Shown: positions 9,895 through 20,464 of the stretch, one piece after another
Position numbering within the stretch: the stretch's first letter is position 1
Layout: each line of letters opens with the position of its first letter
Assembly (NCBI GenBank): GCA_963702845.1
Contig: OY969763.1
Coordinates: 3,296,001 to 3,360,000 of the forward strand
DNA: 64,000 bases
Source: an uncultured Verrucomicrobiae bacterium
Lineage (GTDB): Bacteria; Verrucomicrobiota; Verrucomicrobiia; Limisphaerales; Palsa-1400
Reading direction: 5' to 3'
Position numbers and translations under genes: made by a program
Notes under the pieces: model-generated
Databases searched by the model: none
What the model saw: the letters and a program-made list of their open reading frames with translations, nothing else
What the model was told of the DNA's origin: nothing

Positions 9895-10620
9895 TTACAC
9901 TCGCGCCAAGATTCCGCCGCGCAGTTCGGCGGCCATGCGAGATGGGTTCAGGAGCGTGACGCTCTTGCCGTTAACATATACTAACTGGCGGTCGCGGAAT
10001 TTGGCCAAGGTGCGAGACAACGTTTCGCTAACGGTGCCGAGTTCGGCGGCAAGGGTGCGCTTGGTCATGTGGAGTTCGATCTTGGCAGGCTGAACGCTGG
10101 CGGGGTCGGGGCAGCGCTGGATGAGCCAATCGGCGACGCGGGTTTCGACGTCGTTCAACATCAGGTTTTCGAGTTGGGCGATGGCCATGCTCAAGTGGAG
10201 GTTCATCGCCGACATGACGCGCAAGGCAAGTTCCGGCTGGCGCTTGATGAGCGCGAGGAATTCGGATTTGCGAACCAGGATTACCCCACAAGGTTCGATG
10301 GCGCGAGCGTCGCCGGGGAATCCGCCGTCGGTAACGAGCGTGCCTTCGGCGAATGATTCGCCGGTGCGAAAGATGTGGATGATCTGTTCTTTGCCGGAGC
10401 CGTTGACGCGGTGAAGATTAATGGCGCCACTCTGGACGATGTAAAAACCGATTGGCAAATCGGTTTCACGGAAGAGGTATTGTCCCTTCGAGAGCAGCTT
10501 CAGAAAAGAGAACGAAGCGATTTGGTTAACCTCTTCCGCCGGTAAGCCTGCCAGAAGCGGACAGTTCCGTAGCGTGTTGAAAATCGCTGTATGACGGAGT
10601 TGGACAGTGTTGTTGATCAT
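9895..10620 (-). CDS. Crp/Fnr family transcription regulator (Dnr/HcpR-like, no FNR N-terminal Cys cluster)
   Basis: cNMP-binding domain (GESFAE); HTH TKRTLAAELGTVSETLSR. Confidence 0.9.
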   Translation of the reverse strand: MINNTVQLRHTAIFNTLRNCPLLAGLPAEEVNQIASFSFLKLLSKGQYLFRETDLPIGFYIVQSGAINLHRVNGSGKEQIIHIFRTGESFAEGTLVTDGGFPGDARAIEPCGVILVRKSEFLALIKRQPELALRVMSAMNLHLSMAIAQLENLMLNDVETRVADWLIQRCPDPASVQPAKIELHMTKRTLAAELGTVSETLSRTLAKFRDRQLVYVNGKSVTLLNPSRMAAELRGGILARV

Positions 10621-10964
10621 ATGTTTGTTTTGATGCACGTCATTAAAACCTGATGTGTGCACTCTGCATCCCGCGGCGTAAGGCAACTACCCGCTTGTTG
10701 TCATTCTCCTGTCGTTTTTTGTTTAGTCGGGCGCTAAATCTGAAAACCACGCGAAAAAGGCGAGAAAAGCTGGGTCAAATCGGAGAACTCGTTCGAGGAA
10801 CCGTTTTGCAAATGTTGGCATGGTCACAACAATTTTTTCCAAAGCCACCTAAAACAGGGCAAAAGCCTTACGAAGCGGCGGTTCTCTCGGGATGAGCCAA
10901 AATTGGCGAAGTTTTGAGCAAAACATGGTAAGCCGCTCGCTTTTTTGACGTTCAGACTGACGGC

Positions 10965-12299
10965 ATGAGCGCATCTGTTGAATCCCACGACCCTGAAAAT
11001 CAACCGGAGATTGGCAATTATTTTGTCGCGGCTTACCCGCCCTTCTCGGTTTGGGAACCACGACAGAACAAGGCGTTTCTCGATTTGTTAGACGAGCCGG
11101 CGCACGCGGAACCGATCGGCATTTATGTGCATCTGCCCTTCTGCCAAAAGAAATGTGATTATTGCTATTACTTATCTTATGCCGGCCAAAGCCTAGGCAC
11201 GGTCAACAACTACCTGGAGACGGTCGTGGGCGAAATGGCCCGGTATTCGCAACGGCTGGCGATTAACAGTCGGCCGGTGCGGTTCGTTTATATCGGCGGT
11301 GGAACACCCTCTATTTTGTCGCCGGAACAGGTGCGCTTTTTATTCAGTGGATTGCAGAGTTGCCAATCCTGGGATGCAGTTGAGGAAGTGACGTTTGAGT
11401 GCGCACCGCGGTCGGTCCGCCCTGAACTATTGCAAACTTTGAAGAAGTGCGGCGTGACGCGATTGAGCATGGGCGTGCAAAGTTTCAACGACAGTTTGCT
11501 GAAACTGAACGGACGCATTCACGAAACGAACGATGTTTTGCGTGCGTATGACATGATCCGCAAAACGAAGTTCAAGTGGGTGAATATTGATTTGATGGTC
11601 GGATTGATGGGCGAACAACCGGCGCAATGGTGCGACGCCGTGCATCGCGCGATCGAACTACAGCCCGACAGCGTGACGATTTATCAGACGGAAATCCCGC
11701 ATAGCACAAAGATTTATCGCGATATGGAATCCGGGAAGCTGCCGGCTGCTTTGACGCCATGGAACGTGAAGCGCACGCGGTTATATTATGCGCTGCATCA
11801 ATTGGAACGCGCGGGCTACACGATCGTGAATGGTTATATGGCGGTGAAGAATCCGAAGAAACATCATTTTGTTTACGCGGATCATCTCTGGCACGGCGGC
11901 GATATGATTGGGCTAGGCGTGGCGTCGTTTGGATATATCAACGGCTTCCATTACCAGAACAAGGTGAGGCTTGAAGATTATGTGATGACCCTCGCCCGCC
12001 ATGAATTGCCGGTGAAGCGTTCGTATCTGTTGTCCGAGGAGGACCGGGTTGTGCGCGAGTTCATTCTGCAACTGAAAACTGGCGCCGTTTGCAGTTGTTA
12101 TTTCGACGAGAAGTTTAACCAGGATATTCTCGAACTGTTTAAAAAACCGCTGCAGAAACTGGAGAAGGCGGGGTTTCTCGTCATCAATGAAACGGATCAT
12201 GGCAGGTCAATACAACTGACCCGGGCGGGACTGTTGTGCGTTGACCGTTTGCTGCCGGAGTTTTACCAGGCCGATTTCAAGGAAGTGCGCTACGCGTAA
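10965..12299 (+). CDS. HemN/HemW-like radical SAM protein
   Basis: YVHLPFCQKKCDYC, YIGGGTPS, RLSMGVQSF, NIDLMVGL. Confidence 0.9.
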   Translation: MSASVESHDPENQPEIGNYFVAAYPPFSVWEPRQNKAFLDLLDEPAHAEPIGIYVHLPFCQKKCDYCYYLSYAGQSLGTVNNYLETVVGEMARYSQRLAINSRPVRFVYIGGGTPSILSPEQVRFLFSGLQSCQSWDAVEEVTFECAPRSVRPELLQTLKKCGVTRLSMGVQSFNDSLLKLNGRIHETNDVLRAYDMIRKTKFKWVNIDLMVGLMGEQPAQWCDAVHRAIELQPDSVTIYQTEIPHSTKIYRDMESGKLPAALTPWNVKRTRLYYALHQLERAGYTIVNGYMAVKNPKKHHFVYADHLWHGGDMIGLGVASFGYINGFHYQNKVRLEDYVMTLARHELPVKRSYLLSEEDRVVREFILQLKTGAVCSCYFDEKFNQDILELFKKPLQKLEKAGFLVINETDHGRSIQLTRAGLLCVDRLLPEFYQADFKEVRYA

Positions 12300-12320
12300 G
12301 TGCGCCTCCTTTTCGTCAAG

Positions 12321-12352
12321 AGCGCGGATTGGATGTCCGCGCTTTTTATTTT
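12321..12352 (+). terminator. Intrinsic terminator
   Basis: AGCGCGGA-ttggatg-TCCGCGCT followed by TTTTATTTT, just after the HemN-like stop. Confidence 0.75.
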
Positions 12353-12441
12353 CGCACCCCTTGCGGTAGGCACACTCCTTTGCTAGGTTGACGGAATCAG
12401 TCAAATAAAAGAGACACAAACCATTAACCAAAGAACTTTTT

Positions 12442-13068
12442 ATGGCCTACGAATTACCGCCTTTACCTTATCCGAAAAACGCACTGGAGCCGCACATCGA
12501 CGAGAAGACGATGGAAATCCATCACGACAAACATCATGCCGCGTATGTCACGAATGTGAACAAAGCGATCGCGGGCAAAGCTGACTTGGAAAGCAAGTCG
12601 CCGGAAGATTTGATCCGCAATCTGGACGCGGTGCCTCAAGAGATTCGCGGTGCGGTTCGTAATAACGGCGGCGGGAACGTGAACCATACGATGTTCTGGA
12701 AAATCCTCGGGCACACTCACGGCGTGCCGTCTGGAAAACTCGCCGAAGATATCAACGCGACTTTTGGCAGTTTTGACGCCTTCAAGGAAAAGATTGAAAC
12801 GGCAGGTGCGACCCGATTTGGCAGCGGTTGGGCGTGGCTTGTGGTGAACAATGGCAAGCTGGAGGTCTGCTCCACGGCCAACCAGGACAATCCCATCATG
12901 GGTAAAGCGGTGGCTGGTTGCGAAGGCACACCGATTTTCGGCGTCGATGTGTGGGAACACGCCTATTATCTCAAATACCAAAATCGTCGTCCGGATTATT
13001 TGAAGGCGATTTGGAATGTGATTAACTGGGCTGAGGTCGCCAAGAATTACGAAGCGGCCAAGAAGTAA
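12442..13068 (+). CDS. sodA: Fe/Mn superoxide dismutase
   Basis: [36 protein letters not shown]. The GGG/NQD pattern suggests Mn type. Confidence 0.95.
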   Translation: MAYELPPLPYPKNALEPHIDEKTMEIHHDKHHAAYVTNVNKAIAGKADLESKSPEDLIRNLDAVPQEIRGAVRNNGGGNVNHTMFWKILGHTHGVPSGKLAEDINATFGSFDAFKEKIETAGATRFGSGWAWLVVNNGKLEVCSTANQDNPIMGKAVAGCEGTPIFGVDVWEHAYYLKYQNRRPDYLKAIWNVINWAEVAKNYEAAKK

Positions 13069-13117
13069 AAGTTATTAGACAGGACAACTTCGCGCGCGCG
13101 TGGTTTAATGCGAAAGC

Positions 13118-13972
13118 ATGAGGCTGCGCGCGCGCCATTTTAGCTTCGAATTTCCGCGTCCGACGATGGTGATGGGGATCGTTAATGTGACGCCGGATTC
13201 CTTCTCGGACGGCGGGCAGTTCCTTAACACCAACGCCGCCGTGGCGCATGCGCTGAAGTTGGTTGAAGAAGGCGCAGATATTATTGATGTCGGGGGCGAA
13301 TCGACTCGGCCGCGAGCAATTCCAGTTTCGGAAAAAGAGGAATTGCAACGGGTGCTGCCGGTGATTCAGGCGCTTGCGAAGCAGGTCAAAATTTCTATCT
13401 CGATCGACACGATGAAGCCAGCGGTGGCACGTGCTGCCGTCGAAGCGGGCGCGAGCATCATCAACGACATCGCCGCCAATCGAACTGAGGACGAAATGTG
13501 GCGCCTGGTGGCGGAAACGGGAGCCGGTTACGTACTCATGCACATGCAAGGAACGCCGCAGACGATGCAGGAAAATCCGACCTATAAAGATGTCGCCGCA
13601 GAGGTCGAATTTTTTTTTACTGAACGTTTGAATTTTCTTGGGCAATGCGGTGTCAATGCAGAGCAAGTTGTTTTGGATATTGGGATTGGCTTTGGGAAAC
13701 GCATCGCAGATAATCTGGAATTGTTGGCGCAGGTGCGGCGATTTGCGAAGTTCGACCGACCGATGCTGATCGGGGCTTCGCGAAAATCATTTGTGGAAAA
13801 GGTCAGCGGGGATGGAGGTAAATTGACCGGATCGTTTGCGTGCGCTTGTTGGGCGGTGGCCAATGGCGTTCAGATCATTCGCGCGCATGACGTGGCGGAA
13901 ACGCGGCAGGCTTTGCGCATGACGGACGCGTTGATGGAAAGAAATGTGGAACGTTCATCACATCTTAAGTGA
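13118..13972 (+). CDS. folP: Dihydropteroate synthase
   Basis: MGIVNVTPDSFSDGG, GGESTRP, SRKSF, IRAHDV. Confidence 0.97.
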   Translation: MRLRARHFSFEFPRPTMVMGIVNVTPDSFSDGGQFLNTNAAVAHALKLVEEGADIIDVGGESTRPRAIPVSEKEELQRVLPVIQALAKQVKISISIDTMKPAVARAAVEAGASIINDIAANRTEDEMWRLVAETGAGYVLMHMQGTPQTMQENPTYKDVAAEVEFFFTERLNFLGQCGVNAEQVVLDIGIGFGKRIADNLELLAQVRRFAKFDRPMLIGASRKSFVEKVSGDGGKLTGSFACACWAVANGVQIIRAHDVAETRQALRMTDALMERNVERSSHLK

Positions 13973-14822
13973 AGGCTGGAAGCCCGCGCTGGAAATTCTC
14001 ATCCTCGCGGTCGGGATCTATTATGCCTTCAACTTCGTGCGGGGGACGCGTGGCGCTCCTGTGGTTTATGGATTTCTCGTGCTGCTTTTGAGTCTCACGG
14101 TCGTTGCGTTTTTTTTAAAGTTAGAGGTGCTGGGATGGTTGCTGCGGTGGTTCGTCGGCTTTGCTGCCCTCGCGATTTTCATTATTTTTCAACCGGAGAT
14201 TCGGCGCATGTTGGCGGAGCTCGGCACACACCCGGTGTTCAATGCCAACCAGGAGAAACGCGAAATTATCGAGGTGATTTGTGAAACGGTGGAACGATTG
14301 GCCGACGTTCGCATCGGCGCGCTTATCGCAATTGAGCAAGCGATCCCATTGAGCGAATCGACCGAGTCGGGCGTGCCGGTGGATTGCCAGGCCACACCGG
14401 AAATGTTGGAAACGATTTTCTTTCCAAACAACGCGATTCACGATGGTGGCGTCATCATCCGCACCGACCGCATCGTGTCTGCGGCACGTATTTTTCCACT
14501 GACGCAACGGACGGATTTGCATCCTTCTCTTGGAACCCGGCATCGCGCGGCCATCGGGCTGACGGAAGAGACTGATGCGATTGTCGTGGTTGTCTCGGAA
14601 GAGACGGGTTCGATTTCACATTGCTACAAAGGACACCTCGTGCGCGGCGTGACGGTCGAAGCCCTGCGCGCGTTCCTCACTTCCATCCTGGTGAAGCGAA
14701 GCAAGTCGCACAGTGCGATGGCGTGGATGCGAAATTGGACCGAACAACGTCCGCACGCACCGCAGGTTCAACCCTCGGTAAAACTGGAGCCCAAATATTA
14801 TGGTGGCGCGGTTGCTTCATAA
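13944..14822 (+). CDS. cdaA: Diadenylate cyclase CdaA/DacA
   Basis: Three N-terminal TM segments, FQPEIRR, HDGG, GTRHRAA, VSEETG. Confidence 0.95.
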   Translation: MWNVHHILSEGWKPALEILILAVGIYYAFNFVRGTRGAPVVYGFLVLLLSLTVVAFFLKLEVLGWLLRWFVGFAALAIFIIFQPEIRRMLAELGTHPVFNANQEKREIIEVICETVERLADVRIGALIAIEQAIPLSESTESGVPVDCQATPEMLETIFFPNNAIHDGGVIIRTDRIVSAARIFPLTQRTDLHPSLGTRHRAAIGLTEETDAIVVVVSEETGSISHCYKGHLVRGVTVEALRAFLTSILVKRSKSHSAMAWMRNWTEQRPHAPQVQPSVKLEPKYYGGAVAS

Positions 14823-15207
14823 TTTTTGGTTGAAGATGTTTTCGCTGGGGTTGGCCACGATGATCTGGATAACGGTGCACATCGGCATCACGCGGGATTT
14901 TTCGTTCACGAACCCAAATCTCACCCACCCTTCTCGACAGTACGTGCGCTACCGGTTTCGATCATCACGCAACCGGGTGACGCTCGCGTTTACAGAATTA
15001 CGCCGAAGCAAATTACTGCAACGATCGATCGGCGAAGAACCGATTTTGCGCAGGATGAGCGCGAAGGACATTAAAATTTACGTCGATTTAACGGACTTGA
15101 GGTCGAAGGGAGTGACCAACGGTGAATTGCGCGCGGATGCGCCGAGAGATGTAACGGTTGTTGGGCTGACGCCAGCGGCGGTTTAGATCGAGCAGATTTC
15201 GCCGTAA
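14800..15207 (+). CDS. YbbR/CdaR-like protein (frameshifts near 14950-15030; premature TAG at 15184-15186)
   Basis: HNFWLKMFSLGLATMIW N-term; DIKIYVDL YbbR-like motif; follows cdaA. Confidence 0.65.
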
Positions 15208-15226
15208 ACCTCAGTATCAGTTGGTA

Positions 15227-16102
15227 TTAGATTACGACTTCGGTGCCGACGCCGGCGTCGGTGAAAATTTCCAGCAGGACCGAATGATCAACCCGGCCAT
15301 CAACAAACGAAACTTTTTCCACTCCAGCTTTTAATGCAGCAATAGCGCTGTCCACTTTCGGAATCATACCTTTGTCGATCACGCCGGATTTTTTCAGGCC
15401 ATCGACTTCGCTGACGCGCAACTGAGAAATCAGAGTGTTAGGATCTTTTGGATTGCTGAACAAACCCGGAACGTCGCTCATGAAGACGAGACGTTTTGCT
15501 TTCAAGGGCGATGGCGACTTGCGCGGCGGCAACGTCTGCATTGCAGTTATAGATTTTCCCGTCCTGTCCACGAGCGGTCGGGCTGATGACAGGGGTGATG
15601 TATTCTTTCAGACAATTGAGAATGGGCTGGGTATTAACGCCTGAAACTTCGCCGACATATCCGATGTCGATTTTTTCGCCGATCGGGGAATCGAGCCATA
15701 GTTTACCGCACGAAAAATCTGCGTGCCGGAAAAGCCTTTGGCCGTGCCATGAAGTCGATTGATCGTTTGGACAACGTCGGGATTGATTTCGTGCGAGAGG
15801 ACTTGCTCGACAACGTTGACCGTCGCTTCATCCGTCACGCGCATGCCTTGAATGAAGTTGGCTTTGAGCCCGGCTTTTTCCATAGCGCGAGTGATGGCTT
15901 TGCCGCCGCCATGAACGAGCACGGTTTTGATGCCGGCCGCAGCGAGAAAAATAGCGTCGCGCGCGACCCCTTCGCGGACGGCTGGGTCGGGCGAGTCCAT
16001 GAAACTGCCGCCGTATTTGATGACAAATGTTGCGCCGCGAAACCGTTGCAAATACGGAAGCGCTTCAAGCAGGACGTCGGCTTTTGAGATAAGATGTTGC
16101 AA
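15227..16102 (-). CDS. argB: Acetylglutamate kinase (frameshifted near 15560-15700)
   Basis: [52 protein letters not shown]. Confidence 0.93.
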
Positions 16103-16106
16103 AATG

Positions 16107-17438
16107 TTAGCCTCCGAGTGACGACGGATCGCTCACGTCGCCTTTGTTGAAATCAACATACTCTTCGGTCAAGTCGGCTGCATACATGAGGGCGTTGGAT
16201 TTACCGAGGTTTAGGTTGATGTGCAGGTCGAACGCGTGTTGAGCGGTGATTTTGCAGAGCGCGGCAAATGGCGCATCGGTCGGACGGCCTTTGCGTAATG
16301 AGAACAAAATCTTTTTATCGCCAGGCAGGCTGTAGCCGACGTCGACTTTTTCTTCGACGATCTTTGCGGGTGAATATCCGAGCGCATCGAGAATTCGGCC
16401 CCAGTTTGGGTCCCCGCCGAACCAACTGGTTTTCACCAGGGCGCTGTTGGCGACGGCTCGGGACGCGGCATCGGCATCGCCGAATGACCGCGCACCAGTG
16501 ACACGAACGGTGACAAAACGGGAAACGCCTTCGCCATCCAGCACGATCTTTTTAGCGAGTTCGAGGCAGACGTGATTTAGGGCAGCTTGGAATTTCGCGA
16601 GGTCTTTGCTGGAAAGGCGCGAATTGCCTGCGAGACCATTTGCGAGGACGAGCACCGTATCGTTCGTACTCATGTCGCCGTCGACGGTGATTCGGTTGAA
16701 GCTGTGCGAGACGGCCTCGTTGACGCACTTTTGCAATGTTCTGGAATCAATCGCCACGTCTGTAGTGACGAAGCAAAGCATCGTCGCGTGCAGAGCGGGA
16801 CGCGCGCCCGTTGGGCTCATGCCGGGTTGGATCATCCCGGCGCCTTTGCAGATTCCGCCGATGCGGACTTTCTTACCTCCCAGAGAAAACTCGATCGCGA
16901 CTTCCTTTGGCTTGGTGTCGCTCGTCATGATGGCCTCGATCGCGTGAGCGGCGTTTTCAACTGATGCGCCAAGATGTTTCGACGCGTCGAGGATCCCTTT
17001 TTCGACGTTCTGCATCGGCATCATCACGCCGATACGTCCCGTCGAGCCGACGAAGATTTCACGCGCGTTCAAGCCGAGAGCTTTAGCGGCGATTTCTGTC
17101 ATTTGGCGAGCATCACGCATTCCTTGCTCGCCAGTGCAGGCGTTGGCGTTGCCGGAATTGACGACAATCGCGCGAGCAACACCGCATTTGATGCGCTCGA
17201 CGCAAACTTTGACGGGCGCGGCGCACACCTGGTTCGTCGTGAAGGTGCCGCCGACTGATGCGGCCGCTTCGGAAACGATTAGCGCGAGGTCGCGTTTGTT
17301 TCCTTTGTTGGAGCCTTTACCGGTCCCGAGACGTTTGATGTCGCAAAAAACACCCGAGGCCGAAAGTCCTTTCGGAGCGGTGATGGAGCCAGTGACTGGA
17401 GTAAATTTGTTTTTCAAGAACGGCAAAGACGGAAGCAC
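16107..17438 (-). CDS. argJ: Bifunctional ornithine acetyltransferase / N-acetylglutamate synthase (start uncertain)
   Basis: [40 protein letters not shown]. Confidence 0.96.
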   Translation of the reverse strand: MLPSLPFLKNKFTPVTGSITAPKGLSASGVFCDIKRLGTGKGSNKGNKRDLALIVSEAAASVGGTFTTNQVCAAPVKVCVERIKCGVARAIVVNSGNANACTGEQGMRDARQMTEIAAKALGLNAREIFVGSTGRIGVMMPMQNVEKGILDASKHLGASVENAAHAIEAIMTSDTKPKEVAIEFSLGGKKVRIGGICKGAGMIQPGMSPTGARPALHATMLCFVTTDVAIDSRTLQKCVNEAVSHSFNRITVDGDMSTNDTVLVLANGLAGNSRLSSKDLAKFQAALNHVCLELAKKIVLDGEGVSRFVTVRVTGARSFGDADAASRAVANSALVKTSWFGGDPNWGRILDALGYSPAKIVEEKVDVGYSLPGDKKILFSLRKGRPTDAPFAALCKITAQHAFDLHINLNLGKSNALMYAADLTEEYVDFNKGDVSDPSSLGG

Positions 17439-17533
17439 GTTGCGACGGTGGTGTCAAGATAGGAGCGCGGACAGTGGTGTCCGTGTGTCCAACCGCGTAA
17501 CCAATATCGCGGGCATTAAGGTCCGTGATTCGC

Positions 17534-18356
17534 TTAAGCGGGTTGTGCGATTCCCTGCGTCGAGATTTCTGTAGCCATCTGCGCGCGATTCTTCTTCGTC
17601 CGGCAACCGATGTGCAAATGGGCTCTCGACGGCCGTGCAGATAAATGTTTGCGCAAACGGCTCGGCTTCGCGGCGATCGACGCGGAATCCGGCAGTCTCC
17701 AGCAGAGACGCGAGGCAGCTTGGCGTCAGGCCCCAAAACCAATTGCCATAACCCGCCTCCGGATTGAATTCTTCGGTGATGCCTTCTTGTCGAAGCAAAC
17801 CGAGGCTGCTTAGGTTCCAAAGTTTGCGATCTTCGGCGCTCATCATCGGCCAGTATACAGCTGCGTTGGCCAGGCCGGTCATCTCCGGAATGGTTGAGGT
17901 GCGTAAAATCAAAGGTCCGCGGCAAATTCGCCGGAGCGCCACCAACAGATCGAACGGCGCTGGATGGTGGTACAAAACACCGGCGCAGAACACGACATCA
18001 ACAACACCGATCTGCCCCATAATTGTTGGATGGCTGGCGTCGCCTAAAATGAATTCAACATCGGAACCTAGCTTTGCCATCTTTTCTTCGAATTCGGGCG
18101 TTGGACCAAATACGTCCACCGCTTTCACTTCCCTGGCGCCACATTGCTCGGCGTGAAAAGAATAGTCCCCATTCACGCCCCACATGCAGCCGATGTCCGC
18201 GAAACTTTTTCCTTCAACGTGCTGCCGGATCAAATCGCGCAAATGCGAGTAATTGCCGATCGTCCGTCCCCGGAAGTTCTGCCAACGTCGCCAGACGGCG
18301 CAACCGCGTGGCGTTTTCAGGAACTTAACTTTCCATTTATAGAATGCAGTGAGCAT
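17534..18356 (-). CDS. Class I SAM-dependent methyltransferase of the glycan locus (true stop probably 17534 after a frameshift)
   Basis: FADIGCMWG motif I; VFCAGVLYHHPAP. Confidence 0.8.
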
Positions 18357-18365
18357 GGCTTTTCC

Positions 18366-19647
18366 TTACAACGTGCGCTTGATGGTGTGCGCGCTTTCGT
18401 TTGGCCGCGCTAATTCCCAAACATGCGGTGGGTGCAGAAATCCGACATCGACGCGAGGTGATTGAATCGTCAGCAGGGTAAACGTGCCAATGGTAGTCGT
18501 AGCCAAACGCCCACTGATGTTCGAAAATTCCAACGTCGATGAAATATCTTCCTCCCGCGAGATCGACCCGTTGCAAATGCAATACGATTTCTCCACGTCC
18601 CGCGATTGGCGGCAACTCAATGTTTTGTGCGGCCGTATTTGTGTCGAAACAGATCAAGCCCGTCTTCGCGGCTGAGACTGACGCTGAAGATCGGTCCTGG
18701 CACCGGTTTATGCGCGGAGTAACGGATGCGAACGGAAAGAGGTTCGCCGCTTGTCACTTCGGTGGTGGGCGTGCCGGAAGTGCCGAAAATTTCGACGGCC
18801 TCGATTTGAACTTCTTGCGAACCGAAGCGGTTTGTTTGCGGCTGCAGCATTGTACCGAATTGAGTTGAGCAGACATTCGCGGAACCGGGCGTGCGCCGCC
18901 GCGTTTCATCGGCAAGCTCGTTTACGTAACCATTGAGGACTTCTTCGGTCGGCCCGAGCGCGACGATACTTCCGTTGCGCAACCAGAGCAAGCGATCGCA
19001 GATTTGGCGCGTTTGCGCGGTGTCGTGAGATACAAGCATGAGCGTGCATCCTTTCTCTTTCAATCCCTGGATACGGTCCATGCATTTTTTTTGGAACGCG
19101 AGATCGCCAACCGCGAGAACTTCATCGACCAACAATACTTCTGGTTCGGTGTGGATGATGATCGAGAATCCCAGGCGCATTTGCATGCCGGTGCTGTAGG
19201 TGCGAACGGGGCTGTCGATGAATTTTTCGAGTTCGGCGAACGCGACGATTTCATCGAAACGTTCGGCGACTTGCTTTCGCGTGAGGCCACAAATCACGCC
19301 AGTGATAAAAACATTTTCGCGACCAGTCAGGTCGGGATGAAACCCGGCGGTTAAATCAAGAAGCGCGCCGAGGCGGCCATTGACGTTGATATGGCCGGAA
19401 TCAGTTTTACCGACGCCGCCGATCAAGCGCAACAACGTCGATTTGCCAGCGCCGTTGCGGCCGACGATTCCCAACGCGATGCCTTTTTCGACAACAAAGC
19501 TGACGCCATCGAGCGCCCAGAATTTTTCTTCGTCCCCATGCGGCGCAGGCCCTGGAGCACCGCTTCCTTCAGCGACGTAGGACGATTTGAGTCGTAGGCG
19601 CGAAAGCGTTTGCTGACATTTTCAACGATGATAGCTGGTTGGCTCAC
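18366..19647 (-). CDS. wzt: Polysaccharide ABC exporter ATPase Wzt with C-terminal Wzt_C domain (several frameshifts)
   Basis: VENVSKRF, GRNGAGKST, YSTGMQMRLGFS, VDEVLAVGD, RFGSQEV, GRYFIDVGIF. GTG start overlaps the wzm stop. Confidence 0.88.
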
Positions 19648-20464
19648 AGTTCCTCCACAAATCGATCGCAACGGTGCGAGAAAAGTTTGTAACTGAAAAC
19701 CAGCAACGCGACGGCAAAAAACCGCAACAACACCCAGCGCCACATAATCTGGCGATTGTCCAAGCAACAACACCGACGCGATAGCCGTCGATGATGTGAA
19801 GCATCGGGTTGAGTTCGTAAATCGCGCGGTATTTGCCCGGGACCCTGCTGGCGAGATAGAAAACAGGAGTGAGCCAAAACACAACTGCAGCACGAAGCGG
19901 CGATGTGTTCCATATCGCGGAACGCGACGTTAGCCGTAGCCAGCAAATAGGCAAGACTGAGCATCAGCACAAATTGCACGGTCATGACAACGGGCAACTC
20001 AACCAGATGCGTCGTGATATGGCCGCCGCCTAAGATGACGAACAAAACCAGTAACGGCAGCGCCAGCAACAGATTCATTAAGATTCGTTGTAATCGTAAT
20101 GACCGGAAGAATCGCGGCTGGAAATCCGGGCCGACGAACCAGTTCCCGATGAGAGGTAATAGCGCCGGTCGCCTGCAATAGAGAAAGTTGAAACCACGAC
20201 CAACACAACAGTCCGGCAAACGCGAACGTTCCATAATTGGGAATGTCGAGCGATATGACTTTGCGGAACAGGAACGTGAACACCAGCAGTTGCAGCAACG
20301 GGTTCAACAACGACCAGGCGATCCCAAAATGGAGTTTTTATACTGCGATTTTATATTGCGGCCGACAAGACGATCACGATAAATCGCGCAGGTGAATGAG
20401 ACGATGTAATCGCTCCGAAGTTCGCACCTCAAATGTTCCGACCTGTATTGCCCTGTGAATTCAT
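19644..20464 (-). CDS. wzm: Polysaccharide ABC exporter permease Wzm (several frameshifts)
   Basis: Fragments LNPLLQLLVFTFLF, LVRRPGFPAAILP, FRDMEHI, FWLTPVFY, LNPMLHIIDGYR in three frames. Confidence 0.85.

Noticed and set aside
13118..15207. c-di-AMP cyclase locus in a diderm as novel
   Set aside because: cdaA/dacA with ybbR is established in PVC bacteria such as Chlamydia, and linkage to folP is common.
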